Source: a virus
Taxonomy: Duplodnaviria > Caudoviricetes
Strand: one strand, 5' to 3'
DNA length: 24,301 nt
Virus record (IMG/VR): IMGVR_UViG_3300020472_000162
Span: 1-24,301 of that record
The translations under genes were made by a program, and so were the position numbers. Below, piece by piece: positions 10,101-19,100 of the stretch (within the stretch, counting starts at the first letter, position 1; every line of letters begins with the position of its first letter). The notes under the pieces were generated by a model, which was not told the origin of the DNA, did no database searches, and saw only the letters and a list, made by a program, of their open reading frames with translations.

Positions 10101-13100
10101 AAGATCACCATACCATGGGAAAACAGTTCCAGAACTATCTCCAGCACCAACATAGGTATGTGAAATAGTACTTGTTCCTACGTTGACAGAAAACTTATTA
10201 GTATCTTCTACACCAATAACAGAGAATGTATCTCCATATACTCCACTTGGGAAGTAAGTTGTTGTTATACCTTCATGACCAGATGGACATTGGAATCCTA
10301 AACGAGATAATTTAACCTCATCAACATTTCCACCATCAATTAGTTGATGATCTACAATAGTAGTAACCGTTAATATTCCACTAATATTATCATACACTGC
10401 TGTATGTACGCCCAGTGCTGCCCCAGTAGTTGCAACACCAACTATACTTGTAATCGATCCACTAGCATCTAGGATAGGTCTTACATTTGCTCCAACGAGA
10501 GGTGCATATCCAGAACCAGTAGTTGAACCGAAAGAAACTGGAATTCCACCTCTTGGTAATTCATTTCTATTAATATCAACCTGAGATTGGATTAACGTCC
10601 CATCTGTAGATGTTATGCCAGAGAATATAACACTTGTAACACCTGTAGCACCACTACCAGTTTCTATAATCCTAAAGTTATTTGCTGGATTATTATCGGT
10701 TGTTGGTGTTTGGAATATTCCATTTATGAATAAGACACCATTTCCACCACTAGTTCCAATACCTATAGTATTAGCACCACCTACAGTCAATGTAAATGAG
10801 GTTGTTAATCCATTGAATTGATCACTAATATCATCATATATCTCATTTGTTGCATAATCATCTCTTAAAAATGCTCTTCCATTAAATTCTGAAGTTGGGA
10901 ATTTCAATCCATTTCGTAATAGACTTAATGTGGGATTTCCTCTAGGTGGATCACTAAACCATAAAGTACTATCAACAATATTAAAACTACCCTTAAATCT
11001 ATTAACTGTAGTTTCATTTGTATGGGTGGATGGAATAGTACCAACAGAACCTCTTTGAACTCCCACACATGGGAATGTTCCAATTCCAGGTGTAATTGGT
11101 CCAGCACCAGTTGTTCCAACACCAACATTGATAACCTTCATATATTCATCATCAATTTTTATTATATCACCGACAAGTATAGTTGAGATACCACTTAAGG
11201 CAAAAGTGCTATTAGCAAGACCTATTTGACCACCATCATTATATCTTAAAGTATGAGATATGCTAGTTGGTGTTATTGGATATTGAACAATATCGTCAAT
11301 ACTTATTATTGATTTTTCATTTGGATTGAGCATAGAGAATGTATGAGCATTTCCTTCTCCAATTCCAGTAAAAGTAACAGCAGTTCCAGATCTTGTAGTA
11401 GAAATTTGGAATGTATCATCATTATTCTTTATAGCATAGACTATAGATGGTAATGTATCTTCTACATTCTCTGGAGACATATACTGCATTGGAGTGGATC
11501 CAATACCAATTATTGTTGATTTTGGTTCATAAGATAATGCTTGATTAGTTCTAAAGAAATGATTATCAACCTTAAATGTACCAGTATCAAGAACTACTGA
11601 TGATGAATTACCAGGATTAACCTTTTTAGCAAATACTGGTATCGAATTTTTAGTTAACTCAAAATCTTTCTTACTAATTCTAAATCCATTAATAGCATTG
11701 TACATTTTAAAATCTAAATTTTCAATATATCCAGAACCATAAGATAAACTATCGGAAATATTAAATCTATCAATAGATTTGTAGAAACATTCATTATATA
11801 TTGACACTGTGGTTACACCAACCAAATCATCAGGATAGAAACTAACTACAAAATTATTACCATCATATTCACCACCAAAAGTACCTAATCCCAAATTATT
11901 TGAATTATCAGCTAAAAATTGTGCTGGTTGAACATAAACATCTATATCATCATGTAAACTCAATACTTCATGTACTGCTTTAGATGATCCTATACTAACT
12001 TCTACTATAGATTTGACAGAATTAAATAAAGATGAACTTAATTCTACTATAGTTGTTTTTCCTACACCACTAGTAGATATTCCTTGATAAATTACAGATC
12101 TCTCATATCCATCTGGTTCTGATGGATCCTTAAATCTATATGTCCCAACACCAGTATGTCCTTCAGAAGTTATAAATCCTGTTGTACCAAAACCAACAAC
12201 TTTTGTTCTAACAACTACATCAGATGATGTATCATTCTCATAACTTAATTTTAATATTTCAGAATCTAAACTTGAAGTTAAGATACCAATTTTATTTGAT
12301 GAAAGTATAGATGGTTCGGAATCAATATATGATTCTGAAATAAAACTATCTTGATGATTATGGGTAACATAAGCTTCAACAAAATTCAATTTTCCCGTTG
12401 ATTTATCAACAATTTGTGCATTAACAAAGAATGAATTTATACTACCAATATCATTAATATTAACGGATAAGATATCATTTGTAGATCCACTAGTAACTTC
12501 TTGAACAAATACACTATTATCAATCGGACCAACTTTAACAGTTGCTGCAGTTGAAACTACATTTGTAAATTCACCGTGAAGAATTTTTAAATCATAGTCA
12601 ACATTAAACTTTTCTTTTGGATAAAATATAAGACTATTTACTGCAGTAATATTATCTTTAACAAGTTTAAAAACTCCTAAATTGTCTTCTTCAAGAGAGA
12701 CAAACCCATCACTATCAGAATTAAATACTTGATATTTTTCCAATAGTACATTCTGATCATTATCAGAATAAGGATAAGAATTCATTACAACTAATTCTGA
12801 TAATTGAATTTGTGTTGCTATTCCAGTATTAATATTACTTTCAATCCTAACTATAATATTTTGATATCTACCATCTGCAGGTATATCCATAAGTTTTACA
12901 TAATATGTTTCAGTATCTTCCAAATTTGAAAACTGTTCATTAATATTATCAAATGTAAATACATCGTTTGTTAAACACGCAATATAATCAGATAATCTTA
13001 TATTTTTAAATTCTATCAATCTAGCAACATCACCTGTAACCTCAGTATCTCTAACTAGATCAACACCTTGAATTTCATCAACTCTCTTCTCCTCAATAAT

Positions 13101-16100
13101 ATCTCTAATTATTGTAGTTCCAATAGAAAAACCAATACCAACATTAGCAGTTGAAGTAATTCCAGTATCTGCAAAGTTTTTCAATCCACTTGTATGAAGG
13201 ACATTATTTACTGGAGTTTGTAATTGATCCCAAGTAATTGAACTCTTAACAGAATATGATAAATTTTGATAATAATCATTATCAGGTATTACTTGACTAT
13301 CATCATTTAATTTTCCAATCGAATCTTTCCAACCAATATCCTGTATAGATGAAAAATCAATATTATATTTACCATAATTTTCTGTAATTTTTGATATAAT
13401 TGCTTTATTACCTGATGTTTTCCCAACAATAACATCATCAACAGATAAATCATCAACACCAATTCCAGAAACCTTAATAGATGCATCTTCACTTGATGTT
13501 ATTTTAATTTCTGAACTTATCGAATTTACCGTAATAAATTCACCAATAGCAAACCCCTCTCTAATTTGAGTAGCAGTTAATATTGGATAATCTGATTCTG
13601 GAACAACTGCAGTAAATCCTGTTGGAGTTGTAACTGCTACACCAACCTTTTCTGTTAACCCTAAAGCATTAACCGTAAATCTAAATGGATTTGGATTAGG
13701 ATTTGGACCAGATCCACCTATAATAGATGCTATTGTTAAAAATTCATATCCAAAATTCTCTGAATTGAAACCATCACCATCTACACTAGATTTTTCAATA
13801 CCTTCAATGAATACTTTATCACCAACTTTAAATGGTGGTTCTGTAAATCCAAGTGTTGGTGTAACCAATGTTAAACTATATTCAGTATCACTAGCTGGAT
13901 ATGAAGAATTTACCTCATAAATTGTAATTCCATTAGTATTATTTTTTGTTTTTAATGCTACTGTAGTATCTGGAAGTCCATAAGGTTTTTCAATAATATT
14001 TACATCTAAAATAGCATTATCTATCATTTCTGCTTCTAAAAATCCACTATTAACTATCTTTTTAGATACAGTATCAACAACAATAACATCTGGTGCAGAT
14101 AGATAATTTGATCCACCAGAAGTCACAGTAATTATTCCAATTGTATTTGAATTTTTTAATTCAATTAATGGTGAAATATATGCAGTTGGATTTAATGTTT
14201 TGTCTGATGAATATTCAAATCCTTGATTAATTATTCTAATTTTAGATACATTACCAATATCTCTAGACCTTGGTATAATTATAGCATCTTGACCAATTGA
14301 TGTAGATACAACACCAACAAAAGTTGGAATTTTTTTATATCCAGACCCAGAAGAAATTATATCTATTTTATCAATAGGACCACTAGCTGATTTTGAATCG
14401 GTTGTATATTTTATTAAATCACATTGTGTGAAATTATAAGAATCTCTTTCTGGAATTTTATTTAAATATATTGCAAAATCTGTATCACCAACCCCAGTAA
14501 TTTTATAATCACCTTTATATAAACTATCAACATATAGTATTTCTGAGTTATTAATAACATCCGTATCGGAAGTAGAAATAAATCCAGATTTTTCTAGATT
14601 ATAATATAATCTAGATAAACTATTACCATAATCTATAGTAGTTACATTAGAATTTGTAGATACATTAAATAATGAACTATTTCCAGTTCCAACAAATTTA
14701 TTTTTAAAATCTTGATCATAATATATGTTAAACTCATATCCAGATAATGAGGAATCTGTATGATCAAAAACTAAACTAGTATTTCTTGTTGCAATAATTT
14801 GTGGGTTAACTACACTAATTGTTTGTCCTGTAGAACCAGTACCTGTAATATCAATAACATTAGGAATTTTTTTATTTACATCATAATATGTTTGACATAA
14901 TTTAATTTTTTTACGATCAATCTTATAAACATAATAATAATGCCCATCTGATAATCCTGTAGCATCACCAGAATATAAAATTTTATCTCCTGTTTTCAAA
15001 TTAGTTCCTTTATCACCCAATGTAATGGTATTATTATCAACATCAACATTACCACTACTGAATGTAATTGGATTAATTAATAAACTACCAGTAAGAATAT
15101 CTCTCTTTAGTTCAACATTTGTATCAGATCCAATTCCAGAAGAAATCCTTGGTCTAACTTCTAAAGAAATATTATCATTATTGGTTAAATTATGATATGT
15201 AGAAATTGAAACTATGGATTTAATTCTTGCTGACTTACATAAAACCTGTTTATTATCAGCACTTTCTAGTAAATAATTATCATCATTGATACTGTGTATA
15301 TTACGGAAATATACCTCTGAATATGGAGTTCCATTAGCATCAGTACCAATACCAGTTTTAATTCCTATAGTATTACCACCTTTATTGACAATATACAAAT
15401 TAGATATTGGCAAATCAAATACTGTGCCTGTTTTGGTCGTTGAAATTGATATATTTCCATTATTATTAGCATTACCATAACCACTAGGAACAGTTAAATT
15501 AACTTTCTGATTGGTATGGAATGGATGATTTTCAATATATAATTGTTTTACGGGTATATTTCTTACAATATCATTACCTGCAAAATTAAATGCTACGGAA
15601 TGAATAGTTCCATCATTTATACCCACACCAACTGACTTAAATGGATTAAAATATATTCTATCTGTATCAATAGATTCAAAATATGGAACTTTTTTATTAA
15701 TTTCAAACGAATTTGTTAAAAACTCTACCTTACTGTTTGCTGGATACTCTGTTGCCCATAAACTATCATCTCTTTTTATCCTAAGAACATTCAGATTTTC
15801 AAATATATTTAAAATCTTCATCTTCTCAGAACCTATCTGTATACTACTTCCAATAGAAACAGATTCTGGTATTCTCGCAACGTATATTTCAGTAGTAAAT
15901 CCAGCTGATGGTGATGCAGCAGTAGTTGATATTGTATTTGAAATGAATGATGTTATTCCAATTTTATATGATCCATTAATATCAGATAAATCACTAGAAA
16001 TTCCTGAAATTGTGATGTAATCATCACTATTAAAAGTATGATGTGGACTAACTTTTACCGTTAATTTAGTATCATTCCATTCCAATATCGAATTACTATA

Positions 16101-19100
16101 AGTTTCTATATCTGTATTGATAGATTGTAAATCGTTACCTTCTATGGTTCCAACTCTTGCAACCAATCCATTACCTTCAGTACCCGAATTATCAAAAATT
16201 AAATTTTCATTTACTTTATAATTAGAACCCCTACTTATTAAATCAAATTCTACTATACTTCCACTTGAAATTGATTCAATTTCTATTTCTTGAATATCAA
16301 CCTCACTACTTTCAGCAATAAAGTCATTATCTGCATTAATATCCGAAACTTTATATGGAAGAGTATTTCTTAAAGCTCCCTTAGTGTTAAAATCAAATGA
16401 TAACTGATCAAGATTTCCAATATTAATATTATCCTCTATTGGAAGAGATCTATACTTATTTCCTATAAAATATGGAAATACTGGATTAGGATTATCCAGT
16501 TCATCTATAGTTGCATGATATACATATGTACCATTAGGAAAATCTACAGTTTTTTCAAATCTACCATTATATTCATCCAAATCACCACTATTATCATAAG
16601 TATAATCATCAACAAAATAACCATTTACAAATCCTGAAGGTCTATCAATTACTTTAGTAGTATCTAAAGTATAACCAGATTCCATTCTCTTCACAATTGA
16701 AGTATTTGATGGACTTTCATTTGGATTTGCTAATCCATATCCACCATATATTGGATTTCCATCATATGCCCATCCAATTAATTTTGATACAGACCCTACA
16801 CTAGTAGAATCACCAAATGTATCTGGATTATAGGCATATGCAGTATATTTTAAATTATTTTGTGTATCTATTAATTGATAATGTTTATTATCTCCCTCAA
16901 ATCTTTTTTGATTATTAACTGTGAGTGATCTAATTTCTGGTTTAAATTTTACATTATTACCTGAAGATTTAACTAAAATTGAAGAAGATGATGAATACCC
17001 TATACCTGTATTTGAAATTTCAACACCTGTTATCTTTAAATTTGTAATAATAGGTATCAATTCAGCACCAGAACCACTTCCTGTAGGATCAATAACCTCC
17101 AAATCAGGTAATGAATAATAATCTTCTCCACCATAATCAACAGTAACATCAGTAATTTTTCCATTAAAAATAAATGGTTTTAATTCTGCATCTTTTCCAG
17201 TTTTTATTGTAACTATTGGATTCTCTATATTATTAAGAATAGTTGAACCATATCCAGACCCACTTTCATAAACTATCACATCATTTATAGAACCCTTAAC
17301 TATAGGAGTTATTGGAATTTCCTCAATATTACTTTGTCCACCAGCACTATTAATAATTTGTAAATAACCTTTAATATCAGGATATTTAAATTGCTGATAT
17401 CCCACTCCAGTAGAATTTAATATAACTATATTTTTAGAAATATAGTTTTGTGAATAAGTTCCACCAACACCAGCATTACATAGCCTAAAAGAATTATCAT
17501 TGTCTTTAAGAACATAATATTGGTCATCAAATGATAATCCACCAATTTTATTGGAAATTCCATCAACAGCAGAATATTGAATTAATTCACCACTATTAAA
17601 TCCATGGTTTTTAAATACAATGCTATTATTAGAAGTAGATATTCCAGATGGTTTAACTAATAAATTTCTATTTGTATAATTACCACCATCCAATACATTA
17701 ATACTAGATAAAGTATTTTTTGTATTAACTACAAATTTCTGAATACCAGATCCACTACCATTAAGATGAATTGTATTAATTCCAACACTTCCAACACCAT
17801 TCAATGATCTACCAAGAGAATCATCAAGACTACCATAAAGTCGGATTGTATTCTGGTTAATCCTTTCAACATAATAAGTTGAAAAATTAACTAATGTACT
17901 ATTTCCAATACCAACACCAACTTCTGGATTTCCAATACTTTCATAAACTACAGATTGTCCTGTAGAGAGTCCATGATTTGATAAAAATGTAATCTGACAT
18001 GATCCTGGATCACTCGGTGAACTATTAATACCAGCAGTTGGATCTGAATTAAATTCAATATCTCTATACCTTGTTTTAAATACTGGTTGTAAAGCATATC
18101 CACCACCATTACCACCAGTAATTCCTATAGAAACAACAGATTCTATATCAAAATTCTGCTGCTCACCCAATAAAATTTTATCTATTTTACCTGTTAAAAC
18201 TGGTTGAATGAGTGTAGTTGTTCCACCATTACCTGGTGATGATAATGTTAAATTTGGTGGGTTTATAACATCATAATTTTCACCAGTATTTAATATAGAA
18301 ATTGAACTTATTGGTCCATAATGAATTTTATCATTTGACTTATAATTATTAATTTCAACACCATTAACCAACATACCAATTCCACCAACATTAGTTTCTA
18401 CTGATGTTCCATTTTTAATATTTGGTTTTAATGGAAATTTCTTTAATAATTTTTGAGGTCCAATTATTCCAGATTTTTGAGAATATAATGTAAATTTATG
18501 ATCACCATCATTAGATAAAGGTGCAATTAAAGAAATATACTTATCACCTAAAATGCCAGAAGTAGAACCATATATTTTTATTTGATTATCATTAATTTTT
18601 TTGACATAATATATTCCTGTTGACAATCCAACCAAACTAGATTCTGATGGTTCATAATAAACTTTATCTCCCGTTTGAAAATCATGAATATCATTAAAAG
18701 CTATAGTGGAATATGAAGCATCACTAATATCAACTGAATCTTTTAATCCATCGGGAGTAATAGATAAATTTAAGGTTGAAGACCTAATATTAACTGTTAT
18801 TTGTTCATTATATGGAAAAGTACCTTGTGAACTATATGATGGTAATGAATTTGATGCTACATATGCTACATCATCTTCTAAATATACATTTTGAATATCT
18901 GATGTTACATTATCATTACCAAATTGTATGGGTACATTAGAACTATTTGCAGTCTTTAATTTTCTTCTTAATGATACATTATCATCTTGACTTAAAAAAG
19001 TAATTTCAAAGGTTGCATTACTATCACCACCAGTAACTGTGATTGTATCTCCAACTGTATAACCTTTACCAGCAGTGTTGATTATTAACTCAGTTATAAC

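Noticed and set aside
9018-10406. gp7 repeat region as a CRISPR array, DGR template/variable repeat, intein or intron
   Set aside because: Similarity is at the protein level only, with no long near-identical DNA repeats. No intein terminal motifs, reverse transcriptase or endonuclease were seen, and the reading frame is continuous.
10925-13492. Alternative-frame minus-strand ORFs 10925-11128 and 13307-13492 inside gp7
   Set aside because: They are Leu-rich shifted-frame readings of gp7 codons, with no recognisable motif and no convincing RBS or slippery site.
13686-13712. GPNPNPNP micro-repeat in gp7
   Set aside because: It is a short low-complexity loop with mixed codons, so it is not a perfect DNA repeat likely to phase-vary.
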